A stretch of DNA of 63,402 bases, counting the filler, from Octopus bimaculoides (taxonomy: Eukaryota), in NCBI RefSeq assembly GCF_001194135.2. It is 4 parts of 4 records of this genome, joined end to end, with 100 filler letters (N's around TTAATTAATTAA, not from the genome) between each part and the next. Parts side by side here need not be neighbours in the genome. Positions count along the whole stretch, not along the records: positions 1 to 16,384 come from NC_068998.1; 3 more parts are not named here. The stretch is one strand, 5' to 3'. Position 1 is the stretch's first letter, and the number at the start of each line of letters is the position of its first letter. The notes below the pieces were generated by a model, which saw nothing but the letters and a program-made list of their open reading frames with translations, was not told the DNA's origin and did no database searches. This document shows, piece after piece, positions 1 through 11,745 of the stretch. The position numbers and the translations under genes are program-made.

Positions 1-41
<41 letters not shown>

Positions 42-1429
42 AGGCACATGTCGGCTGCTTATTCCATCCATCATTATTGAAATACTGTAAGAATGCATTG
101 GAGTCCACCACGATCATTGATATCATCGACATAAAATGGTGGACCGCTATTTCATCTCGGCAGACAACGTCCCGTCGTTGTTGTGATCATCCTCATCATC
201 GATGCTGGAATATCCACTTAGCCACCCACATTACCAACACCATCAGAATAATAATGGTTTCAAATTTTCACCACGAGACCAGCAATGCTGAAGAGAAGTG
301 GGGGAGGGAGTCGTTTACATCGATCCCAGGGCTCTAGTGACATTTTATCAATATCGATCTCTCCGCCGCTGCCAAGGATGAAAAGCAAAAATCGACTCGG
401 ACGGTATTTGAAATTGGAATGTGAAGATGGACGAAGTACTGCTCCCAAATTTCTTTGAATATTTAAACGAGAGTTTTTCTTCGAAGGTAGTTGGAAAAAT
501 ATACAGTTTAAGGTGGTCTAAAACATTTCTGTTCCCTATTTTCTACAATTTATAAATTAATTTTAAGCTTCCAGAATTTCGTGCAGTCCGGAAAGATGTC
601 GTTGCTGTTGACTTCGTACTTTTCGTTTCCGTTGCTTTTGGTCTTCATAGTTAATGATTTAATGGTTGTTGGTGGTGCTGCTTATGTTCATGGATTGCTT
701 CTTTCATTGCAAATCGTCCTTCAATACTCCCTGATCCTTAAACGGGAGATGATGGTGATGACACTGCTGTTGGTACGACGGCGATGTCGGTGGACGCTCT
801 GCGTCTAACGTCGTTTTAGTGACAAGGCTGGGCAACAGAACCTATTACTAGACTACTATATCGGCTGATAAACGTATGTATGATACGCAATACAGTTTAT
901 CTTGCTCATTCGGCATCTTACACATTTAAGATGACTTACGTAAAACTATAATTGCATAAGAAGCTTTGTAACTACATGAAGTACAAACTACTAGTAGCTT
1001 AAATTACAGTTGCTTAGCTGCAATGCCGCATATATCGTGATGTAGAGTTTTCTTAGCACCACCAATTCTTTGGTCAATTTTACTGCAACTGTTTAAAACT
1101 TAGTGGAGAAAGTCTTCCCGCAGACTTTACTTTCGCATCGGTTTAACTTCTGGCACCGGGGTACCTTTTTAGGTTACCCCTTTACATCCAACCTTCTGTC
1201 ACTTTACAACCTTGCGCAACACAATTTCCTTCAGGAAACTTTGCAACGGGTAGTTGTATCAACCACCCGTATCCTGGATCAGGCTACAAATATCGTATGT
1301 TTTATCAGTTCTATATCCATTCTGATCCCAGGCTATGTACCTTTTTGATTGTGCAGTTTCTCCCCACTTTGAGTGTGTCGAAGGGTTGGTGCATTTTGGA
1401 AACCATTCAATAATATTCACTTTATTTAC

Positions 1430-1520
1430 ATTTGACGGATATTTGTCCTCATCTTGTTTGTTGTTAACACAACGTTTCAGCTGATATACCTTCCAGCCTT
1501 CATCAGGTGTCTTGGGGAAA
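1430..1520 (-). mobile_element. Penelope-like element terminal (pLTR-like) fragment carrying a hammerhead motif
   Basis: The minus strand reads aagacacCTGATGAaggctggaaggtatatcagctGAAACgttgtgttaacaacaaacaagatgaggacaaat. It is an inverted near-copy of 1775-1846. Confidence 0.7.
1466..1511 (-). ncRNA. Type I minimal hammerhead ribozyme (PLE-type)
   Basis: GACAC-CUGAUGA-A-GGCUG(10 nt)CAGCU-GAAAC-GUU-GUGUU. Stem I is GACAC/GUGUU, stem II has 5 bp, stem III is the palindrome ACGU, and the cleavage triplet is GUU. Confidence 0.65.
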
Positions 1521-1774
1521 TTTCGAACCTGGGTTCGATGTTAATAGTCTGCTCAATAATTTAAGCAACAACTACCCCGAGAACATACTATCCACTCCAA
1601 TTATGAAGAGGACGAAAACGATAAACTGTGCAGTCTGTCTACCCTCTATAGAAAGGCCTCTCCGAAAAAAAAAACATATGCGGCCCATATGACATTGGGA
1701 CAGTATTCAAAAGTAATACAACACTCCGCAAATATCTCCTTCGAGTAGAAACACCAATAGAAGAGTGGTATTCT

Positions 1775-1850
1775 CTAAGACACCTGATGAAGGCTGGAGG
1801 GTATATCAGCCGAAACGTTAACAACGAACAAGATGAGGACAAATCTACAT
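1775..1850 (+). mobile_element. Penelope-like terminal fragment with hammerhead core lacking the stem I 3' arm
   Basis: gacacCTGATGAaGGCTGgagggtatatCAGCCGAAACgttaac; the 5-nt gtgtt present in the inverted copy is absent. Confidence 0.65.
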
Positions 1851-2785
1851 AACTACCCAACCCCCTCCCTCCTAATCACTCTGGATTTCAAATTAGTTGA
1901 CTAGTTTTACTCTCATTAACCCTGCCAGTGAATGTGTTTAAGCTCCTTTTACTCTCTAGTGTGCTAAGCCAAGAAGCAGTTTTAGAAAGGGCTCTTTTGC
2001 ATACCTCTCAAACAGCCAGGTCCCCTAACTTCCAAATCCCATTAACGACTACGCACACACGCTCTTAAAACTCCTTAAGAAAAATCAGGTGCCAACGAAA
2101 TGGATTTTATTATTGGAACTCTTGAAAGTCGAAACGAATACTATTTTTTTTTTTTTTTTTTTAAATTGTACAAAAACCTTCTCAGCGTGATTTTCGGTGG
2201 GGTATTTAAAATTTTGTGTTTTCCTTTAATGGCACCGAGGCAGTGTGAAAATACTTGTCATACAGCAGGCTGTGAAAATAACTATTAGCTGACTCTGTTC
2301 TGGGTCAGCATACAAACCAACACCTTATCGCAACTCCTGAAAGTGAATGGCTGCCCTCACCCATACCAATATCACAATATTCCTTTCGCTTAACCTCCGA
2401 TTTCAAACCAAAATGGCAGAATGCAACGACGTGTTCACACAATCTCCTGTAAGACTCCATCCTCATTGGAAAGAAATATTGGCTCTCATTGTTACCTCAC
2501 CTGTGGTTTAACACATTGGCACCTATGAAGAGGACAAGGCTTCATTCAGCAGCTGAAGAAATCCTTTATTAACTCCAGTTGTCAAATTATGCAACTCAAA
2601 AAGGACATAATAAATTGTAACTTTTTTTCATAAAAGTATACTTGGCTAGTATTTTAACAGGCTCATTGCTGCCAATAAAGATGTCCAACGTTTTCATTTC
2701 CGCACACCCTGACCAGTGGCCTTCATAAACTTCTCCATCAGAAGAACCAGCAGTATTTACATTTTGGCAGCTTTTAAAGACAGCA

Positions 2786-2972
2786 GCAAGATGGCAGAAT
2801 CGTTACCACGTCGGACAAAATACTTAGCATTTCCTCTGGCTCATTAAGTTCTGAATTCAAAACTAGAGATCAATTACGCCTGTCATCTCTCCCGGAGTCG
2901 AGAAAATGAAATACCAATCAAGTACTGAGATCGATGAAATCGACTTGTACCCTTCCCCTCAAAATTTCTGGC
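2786..2972 (+). mobile_element. tRNA-derived SINE family A (ggcgagctggcagaatcgttagc head), degenerate
   Basis: tggcagaatcgttaccacgtcggacaaaatacttagc...gttctgaattcaaa...aagtactgagatcgatgaaatcgact; matches the better-preserved copies at 10939, 29135 and 62480. Confidence 0.75.
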
Positions 2973-3599
2973 AACGAACTGTCATCCCGAGATACGGAAT
3001 ATAGACACGTTGAAACCTATTCCTGGAATTCTTCAGGATTTCACTTTTTTTATTAAATACTGGTTTGTTTCTGAAATAAGCTAATCATCTAGAACGACGC
3101 TCGTCATACATTTACTTAACAGAACTGTCTTGGAGATAAGCAGAAGCAACATCGTTCCAATCAACAGCAGCCAGAAAATAACTTTTTCGGACAGTTTCCA
3201 AGTCTTTTTTTTGTATGACATTTGAAGCTGACTTTATTGGTACCAAAACTATTGATTCATTTGTTTTATCCTCATTTCCCCACTTGCTCTTTTTTTTATT
3301 TCGTTTCGCCTTGATTTCCCCCACTCCTTGAGATAATTGTATTGCATTATTTGTATACGGTAACCCTTAAGAGCACAAATGGAACGAAGAGAATAAGAGT
3401 TGAACATATGGACAATATGAAAGGTGACAACAGACAAATTCGAAGAACTGAACACAATGCAAACCTACTGAAGTTGTCATTGGTGAATATTTCGCCGGAT
3501 GAAGAGAAAGTAGACTAAAGTTTTGGATGAACTCTAATCAAAGAAGCTAAAACAATATCTATTTGATGCATGTGGGTATTCTTCTGCAACATGCCCTGA

Positions 3600-4100
3600 C
3601 CAGAACTGTTTTTCTTCCGATGTTCACCAATTTGTTTTCTGACGTTCAGTTTATACCGCTCAACGTCTCTACTGTTTATTGGTTTCGATATTCTGTTATC
3701 CAGTGTTTATTTTCAATGTTCACTGTTTATTTTGTTCACTATTTACTGTTCACTTTTTAATGAATATTATGACCTGGCATAAAAACCTGTTTACATGATA
3801 ATTTTTCAGATTTGTAAACATTGATTACTTTCTCAATTTTCAGTTTCAGATCTTAGCCAGCGTAATTCCTGCCAGTGTTTTGCAATGTTTGTTTCAAGTG
3901 TTCACTGGCTCCATTACGTTTTTTTACAATGACTTGGCATATGCGGGTTTACATTTTCAAAAACCTGTTACCATAAACTATTCAATTTTCAAGCGTTTAG
4001 TTCCCAATGTCCAGTTTCTACTGTTCATTTTCACTGCTCCTAGTTTTTCTCCCCCAATGCTTATTCCATTGTCCACTGTTTGCATCGTTTACTATCTGCA
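3600..4100. repeat. Degenerate T-rich short-unit tandem repeat (ttcactg/ctactgtt-like)
   Basis: Recurrent ttcactg, tttactgtt and tttcaatg motifs across ~500 bp. Confidence 0.4.
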
Positions 4101-4118
4101 ATGAATAGCGTGACCCAT

Positions 4119-4928
4119 GGGCGGTGCATTGGCAGAATCATTAACGCGCCAGCCAAGATGCTTTGAGATATTTAGTTACAGGTGGAAACGTTCAGATTTC
4201 AAATCCCACCGGATTTAACTTTTATAAACTCCGCAGATAAAAAAAACTAAAACCGGGTATTGGATTTCTAATTTTTTATTACCCACAGGGGGCGACATAG
4301 AGGGGACGATACAACCTAATTTGGGGTCAGATGAATCTGATGAATTGACAGAAACATGCATTTAAAAATTTTGAACAATGAAATCGGAATAAAATCGAAT
4401 GATGACACAGTCCGGAAGACATTACGGATGGAGTGGTAAGGCGGGTTTAGCTCGGACCCTACGTGCCCCGCCTCGCCATTGGTAGCTGAGATGAGTCCTT
4501 CATCTCGTTCATGCGGTTACATTCATTCGCAACTTTCGTGCTACACTCTTCCATCGACTCTCAAACATTTTCGCAGTCAGACATTTCCTCTCTAGCTCTA
4601 CTTTTCTTTTGAGGTGGAAGGTGAAACAATTCACCAGTGCAGAGCAAAAAAACTAAAACAGGTGTTGGATTTCATCGACTAACACACCTTCCCTCTTAAA
4701 ATTCTGGCTTTGACTCAATTTCTCCTACTGCACCAATCAAGAATGGTAAACTTCTAGATTCGTTCAAAATGCTTTCAGTATTTAGTTACGGTTCGTCACA
4801 TTCTGAGTTCGAATCCTACCGAGGTCAACTTCATTAAACTAGGATAAAAAGGTAGTTCCATTAACCTGTTGGTTTGGATAATCGACTTTGCCTGTCCCTT
4901 ACAAATTTCAGGCTTTGTTGCGATGAAA

Positions 4929-4963
<35 letters not shown>

Positions 4964-5890
4964 CTTCTTTGCTAGATTCAGGATCGGTAACGCAACGAAT
5001 TAAATGTCTTCCAGTATTAGTATCTTCTTAATATTCCCATCTGAATCTGGAATACTGCCGATTTGGACTTTTGCCAGAATTAGAATGTGCTCTTGCAGCG
5101 GATTGGTTGTCGTGGAAAAATACTTGAAGCTATTTTTCTTACCATTTCTTCAATTTGTCAAATACTGCAGATTTTCATTTGGTCTTTTATCCTTCCGCCG
5201 CTGGTAAAATAAAGTACCAGTCATGTACTGTCGATGTAATACTTTCTTCCCTCAAAATTGCTGGCCATGTGCCAAAACTTAAAACATATCTCTAAGACGA
5301 TGAATTAGCAGAATTGTTGTTAGTCGAACAAACTATGTAACAGCATTTCTTCCGGCTCTGTCCAGAGTTCAAATCCTGTCGATGTCACCTTTGAATTTCA
5401 TATCGGTATCGGTAAAATATCATCACATTGATTTTCTTTCTCTGAATCCGCTTTAATGCCGTGGCATAAGGACCGTGGATGCGAGACTTGTCACAACCTT
5501 CCTTTTTTATTCAGAAAAGATTTACTGAGGATTTAGAGACCCTCAAAACCCACTATTGTAATACTCCAGACAAAGCGACAGATTAAATTCCCGTCGGTGT
5601 TTAATTTCGCCATTTTATATTCGGGGTTCAAATCTGGCTGTCGGTTTTTAACTTTCCCGGTATCGGCTAAATATGTACCAGCTATGGTAACTGGGTTGGA
5701 TTAAATCAACCTCACCATTTTTCTGTATAAGAAATAAGCAGGATCGACGGCAGTACTGTTAAATTGTCGGTTTTAATACATTGCTGTATTGTCGCATCCT
5801 TTTACGCCTCGAGGTTCAAATCCAGTCAAGTTTGAGTTAATCCTTCATGCATTTCCAAAATCGGTAAGATCAATGTATTTTATCGATTTT
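4119..5890 (+). mobile_element. Cluster of ~6-7 highly diverged same-orientation SINE family A copies or fragments
   Basis: Heads or B-box-like (g)ttc(a/g)aatc motifs near 4120, 4790-4815, 5300-5375, 5625 and 5815; 3' halves (aaagtaccag...tcgatgtaat...ccctcaaaatt) near 4650-4710 and 5170-5280. Confidence 0.6.
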
Positions 5891-6060
5891 CTGGCTTCTG
5901 ATATATTATATTCATCCAGCATGAATTTCCTGATGTGGCCATGCTAGGAACCCTCATTCTTATATTTTCAATATGTAAAATATTGTACATACTTATATAA
6001 TTCTGTTTCTTCTTCACTCGTTTATTACTGTTCTTATTTTATTTCAACTCGTGTCCCTTA

Positions 6061-6100
6061 TCTGGAAATCTTTCGTCACACATGTGACCTCTTCAGCGAC
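6061..6100 (-). ncRNA. Hammerhead-like motif, partly decayed
   Basis: GUCG-CUGAAGA-G-GUCAC(AUGU)GUGAC-GAAA-GAUUUC-CAGA. Stem II is a perfect 5 bp; stems I and III are weak. Confidence 0.5.
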
Positions 6101-6342
6101 ACTTTTCGTGTGTTCTTGCTCCACTTACTCCATTCTCAAGTCTTTGGTATGTAATATATACTATACATAATATACACACACCTACCTACATGGAGGTGTA
6201 GTGTGCAGTATCACGTTCATGTAGCAGGACGCTGGATCAGTTAAGAGGGTGAAGATATGAAAACAAGATTGTGAAATTCAGTCACCCAAGGTTTCCTGGC
6301 CGAATTAACTTATTTAACTGTCTATCAAGCTGTTGGATAAAC

Positions 6343-6380
<38 letters not shown>

Positions 6381-8039
6381 CGAAACATTATAATGTATAT
6401 TCTATTTGAATTGTTTTTTGATATGAAATAAATTAACGTTTTATTGTGCATTTTTCATCAATAAAACATCTGTATTGTGTAAGCAAAATGTTGTTCATAT
6501 AGTTCTGTTCATTTCTTGTACATTTATATCTTTTCCGTCTATTGTTGTTTTAAAACTTTTTTAGTGTATGAAAAATTTTCCCTAAAACTGCACTGCAATG
6601 TTTGATGTTATTCGTGTAACGTCCATATCATGCAGAACACTGATATTTTCTATTGGTTTGGTGCATTATTATTGCGGCTCTTTTCAACAAATTTTATACA
6701 ACAGAATAACATAAAAACCTCTTTAAATGATTATTCCCGTGCGTATTCACCACCTACTTCAATTACTGCTTCCCATTTGCTTGGCGTACGGTAAGACTGT
6801 CATTTAAAGATGTTTTTGTTAAATATTGCCCAAGATTGCACTCAGTGGGACTGAACCTGAAGCCACGTGGTTAATTTTTATGCCAGAACACAAGGTATTT
6901 TTGTGGTTGTTTGATAATGGCACCGCCACTTGAAACATCGGTAATCATACAAAGCAGGTTCTTTTACTGCTAAAATATCCAACAATAAAATAAATCGCAC
7001 GCTCGGCGCGGTACTTCGAGATGGACGCCATATTGAGTACTTTCTTACGTTTAATTGCTGTTAACATACGTGTGTGTATATATGCATATATAGTTAAATA
7101 TGTAATTCTATATATGTAGTTATACTTGTGTATGGTTGTATGTGTATATACGCGTGTGTGTTGGACAAACTAACATCATAGAACAAACTTGTCATAAAAC
7201 CATTATTTTCCCCTTTGATGAAACGTGATGACGTCATAATTGGTTCTCTTAAACAATTTGTCTCGTTGGTCTTACAGTTGATGTACATGTTGACTGTCAG
7301 AGATAGTAAGGGGGGGCATCGACGGTCATTTTTGGACAGTGGTGTTGGCCACGGCGGCATCAGTAGTGGTGTTAGACAGTTTTAGGGTGGTGTTGGTAAT
7401 GCTGCCGGCGATTATGGCGTCGGTAAGAATATTCGGTGGGTGTGGTTGATAATGTTTAAGACGATTTCTACGACAATGAAGACGATATTGATGACACGTG
7501 ATCATGTATTAATGTAGTTTTTTTATTGATTAGGAGGGAGGTATATTTGTTTCTTTGTATGACGATTGCGGTATTGACCTCCTTAACATCTTTGTTCACT
7601 ATGCTTGTTAATTGCTACTGTTAATTAGACGATGGTGGCAGGGTGGGAGGAGGCTGATATCATTTATGCTGTTCCTGATGATGCTGGTAATTAAGATGAT
7701 ATAATAGGGCGGTGGCGACGGCAGTAGTTGGTGGTAATGTCAGGGTCATGATGACGATGTAGGGCCGATGATGTATGGTGGTGGTAATAAAAGGGGGAGC
7801 AGAAAAAGGAAGGAAAGTGGGTGATAAGCAAAATAAAGGGCCTGATTTTATTATTTTTTTTTCTTAAATGATGGTGGTGGGAATAATATGAAAGAGGGAG
7901 AAGAAACCGAAAGTAATTGTACCGACGGATGAACGGAGCTTTGGCAGACACATTCAGATATCTTCGAGTTGTTAGACAATATGGCCGACAGACAAACTGA
8001 ATAACTGACTGGAAGACAGACATACGAGAGGGTGTCGCG

Positions 8040-8205
8040 AGGGTAGATTTGTTCGACTAATTTGTATGCCGGTATGTCGTATACACAAAAGTAAGATGTC
8101 GCTCAACCAAATGCCATGCTAGAAAAGCAGTCACTTGTTCAAAGTGCCGAGCAGTAAGATCGAACCCAGGACCGTTTAATAGTGAAACAGATTTCTTAAC
8201 TCTTC
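8040..8205 (-). mobile_element. CORE-like tRNA-SINE (family B), degenerate
   Basis: Reverse complement of the family B head and core (cacttgttcaaagtgccgagcagtaagatcgaaccc). Confidence 0.5.
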
Positions 8206-8206
8206 A

Positions 8207-10195
8207 ACGATCGTCATCGTCATCCTTCTCATCATCCTCACTTTTATCATCATCGTCATCGTTATTATATCTTTGTTATCACCGTAATCGTCGTTGTCAT
8301 CGCATCTTCGACTTCGTCATCATTATCAACGTAGTCATCACGCCTTCTTCGTCATCATCAGCCATTATCATCATCTTCATCGCCGTCGTCGCCGTCATCA
8401 TCATCATCAACAGCAGCAGGAAATTGACTACAGAGCCAAGGAAAAATTAATTATACCATCGCCGCCATCAAAATCACGAATACTCTCCCCCTCACCTCCC
8501 CTTTCACCGCCACCATCATGAACACCAACACCAACCACAACAACATTATCGTCGTCATCATCATCATCATCATCACCACCAAGGCTAACAGCACCAATAT
8601 CTGCAAATTAGTAACAGCCATCATCATCATCGCCGCCATGTTCATTACTCCACCATCCCCATCATCTCTACAACCATCAATACTATCATGATCATCATCA
8701 TCATCATCATCATCGACAGCAGTTATTCTATTGTTATTCCGGACACCCCTCATTGTAATTAGCATCATCGTCCTCATCACCCACATTGCCATCATCAGCT
8801 TCACCATCGTCATCAGTAGCATCATGTCATTATCATCGCTACGGCCATCATCACCATCGTCATCACCATCACTTTCATTGTCGTCGTCATCATCATCACC
8901 AATAGCAGTATCACCATCGTCAATTAATATTCATCATCATTCATCACTATTTTCTTCCCCTTCCCTCTCTTCCGCATAATCAGCACCACCACCATCATCA
9001 TCGTCATTTGCTTCCTTTCTTTCTTTTTTTTCATTCTCCTCCTCCTCTTTATCATCAGCATCATCCTCAACATCATCGTTGCCAATATCACCGTCAACAG
9101 CATCAATTATCGTCATAGTAATTATCATTCTCCGCCTCCTCCTCCCCTCCTCCTCCTCATAATCATCGTCGTCGCCGTCATCGTGAAAACTGCCATGGCT
9201 ATCAGCAGCATCAGCAATGCTACAACCATCAGCAGCAGCATCACCACCACCACCCACCATCATCATTATCGCCATCCTCAACACCACCCGTACCGCCGTC
9301 TCGTCATCATCATCATCATCACCAACAATCATTACCATTATAATCAATAAAGCCATCATCATTGTCATTAGTATCATCATCATCGTCATCATCTCCACGA
9401 CCATTACCACCGTCATCATCTTCCTCAGGAGTCATCATCATCATCACTACCACCACTAGCAACACACCACCAGCACCACTATCCCCATCATCATCATCAC
9501 CACCACCACCAAGGCCATCACCACCACTACCATCACACCACAATCAACTCCATCACCACCACCATTATCATCATCATCCCCACCACCAACCACCATGACC
9601 ACCACCATTAACAGTAACTCCGTTTCTGTGTTAAACTCACTGGTCAATATTGGCTGTACAATTTTACAGACGGTATTTCTAATCAAGTCTTTGAATAAAG
9701 ACTACGGTGATTAATTAGTCAATAGACAGCAATTAATCAGGAAATCATCAGATGGGCACGAACCGCCACCACAAGCGCCGCCGCCGTCGACGGCGCCATC
9801 GCCACCGCCTCTAGCGCCATATCATCATCAACATCATTATCATCGTTATTCGTCATCATCATCACCATCACCACCACAACCGGCAAGAACAGTTACAACA
9901 ACAAAGGCAGCCATAACTGCATCAATACGAGGTCATCCAGATATAGCAACGGTATTACCGTTTCTCTATGTGTAGCATAACATGAAAAGCGGTAGCCACA
10001 ACAACAACAACATAAGCAGTAATAGCTACAGAAACGTCACAAGCAAAAACAACAACAACAACAAGAAAGAACAGCAACAATCGTAACGGCAACAATCAGC
10101 AGCAGTAGTAGTAGTTATAATGGTGACGTTGTACATGGTTTCTATAATAATAATGGTAATAATAATAATGATGATGATAATAATAATGATAGTAG

Positions 10196-10240
<45 letters not shown>

Positions 10241-10390
10241 TGATAGTAGTAATAATGATAATGATAATAATCATGATAATGATAATAATAATGATAATAG
10301 TAATAATAATAATAGCAGTGGTCGTCGTCGTCGTCGTAACGATGTTAATGACTCCTTTTGAAATAGTAACTGCAATAATAGTAATATTGA

Positions 10391-10421
<31 letters not shown>

Positions 10422-10830
10422 CATAAGGATGTAGATTATTTGGTCAATAATACTTGATAATAATAATAATGATAATAATAATAGGCGATTGCAAGAACAA
10501 AAGCAACGTCTAAAACAAGAAGATCGGCAAAAGTAATAATAGTAAAAAAAAATAAGAGAAAAACTATGGAAAAAAATTAAATAAGGGCAACAACAACAAC
10601 AATAACAGCTTCTACAAAAACATCAATAAAATAATGATATTAATAATAATAATAATAATAATATCAACAACGGTGATGGCTACGACGACTAGAACATCAA
10701 GAAGCAACTGCTATAACGACAGCAGCAACAACAATTTCAACTACCAACAACAACAATAAGAAAAAACATTAAACAACAGCAACATCAACAATAGACAAAA
10801 ACAACAACAACAGTGAAAATATTGTCGATG
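8207..10830. repeat. Long degenerate trinucleotide block (CAT/CAC/CGT, then TAA/GAT, then CAA)
   Basis: Near-continuous tcatcatcg, caccaccac, aataatgat and caacaacaa runs; source of the poly-S/H/D/I ORFs in the track. Confidence 0.9.
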
Positions 10831-10938
10831 GCCACATTCAACAATTAAGTCGATAATTGCGTTTTCTACAATTGCGGTTAATTAATAGAAGTGGTTGGGC
10901 GCCGACCTAACTACGTTGATATAGAATAGTGTTGTCAG

Positions 10939-11057
10939 GGCGGCGAGCTGGCAGAATCGTTAGCATGCCGGACAAAATGCTTAGCGGCATTTTGTCTGTT
11001 CTGACGTTCGGAATTCAAAATTTCCGAGGTCGATTTCTTTTTTTTTTTTTTTTTTTT
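10939..11057 (+). mobile_element. tRNA-derived SINE family A, 5' part (runs into poly-T and a gap)
   Basis: ggcggcgagctggcagaatcgttagcatgccggacaaaatgcttagcggcatt...gttcggaattcaaaatttccgaggtcgat; A-box-like and B-box-like motifs present. Confidence 0.85.
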
Positions 11058-11374
11058 NNNNNNNNNNNNNNNNNNNNNNNNNNNNNNNNNNNNNNNNNNN
11101 NNNNNNNNNNNNNNNNNNNNNNNNNNNNNNNNNNNNNNNNNNNNNNNNNNNNNNNNNNNNNNNNNNNNNNNNNNNNNNNNNNNNNNNNNNNNNNNNNNNN
11201 NNNNNNNNNNNNNNNNNNNNNNNNNNNNNNNNNNNNNNNNNNNNNNNNNNNNNNNNNNNNNNNNNNNNNNNNNNNNNNNNNNNNNNNNNNNNNNNNNNNN
11301 NNNNNNNNNNNNNNNNNNNNNNNNNNNNNNNNNNNNNNNNNNNNNNNNNNNNNNNNNNNNNNNNNNNNNNTATA

Positions 11375-11742
11375 TATTCTTTTATTCGTTCCAATCATTT
11401 GACTACGGCCATACTGGAGTACGCTCCAAGTACTCATTATTTCAAGTCAGGTATTTATTCTATCCGTCTCTTGACCAAACCGCTCAGTTACGGGAATATA
11501 AACGCACCAACACTGGCGCAGGATTCGAACCTACAACAAAGGATTAGCATGCAGCTATTTCCTTCCCAGGAATTAATCCACCCGAATGCACGTCGCTACG
11601 TCCATCCCACGGACCCCGCTTCCCTGTAGACTTTCCGTCTACCAAATCCACTTACAAAGCTTGGTCGTGCCGATATTTGTCCAAGGTACCACTCATTGGG
11701 ATTGAACCCTGAACCATGTGGTTGAGAAGCAAGCTTCTTACT
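11375..11742 (-). mobile_element. CORE-like tRNA-SINE family B; central part replaced by a 115-bp insert and head truncated by a 28S fragment
   Basis: 3' half at 11375-11515 (gactacggccatactggag...ccgctcagttacggg); core and B-box at 11630-11742 (tttccgtctaccaaatccac...ggattgaaccctgaaccatgtggtt). Confidence 0.75.
11515..11630 (-). repeat. ~115-bp GC-rich element, inverted copy of 12175-12290
   Basis: Its reverse complement aligns to 12175-12290 with ~10 differences in ~116 nt (hand count). Confidence 0.85.
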
Positions 11743-11745
11743 TTC

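Noticed and set aside
40-480. ORFs 77-337 (+) and 260-448 (-) as genes
   Set aside because: No recognisable domain; alternative frames contain stops; no clear splice signals.
4330-4365. CTGATGA-attgaca-GAAACATGCA as a minimal hammerhead
   Set aside because: Stem II is a single pair and there is no valid NUH triplet without assuming a deletion; too weak without a consensus.
6315-6705. ctgttggataaa ... tttatacaacag as transposon TIRs
   Set aside because: Only an 11/12 match with no target-site duplication or coding remnant.
8294-10434. Overlapping poly-Ser/His/Asp/Ile/Met ORFs on both strands
   Set aside because: They are translations of degenerate trinucleotide repeats, open in several frames at once, with no domain or splice support.
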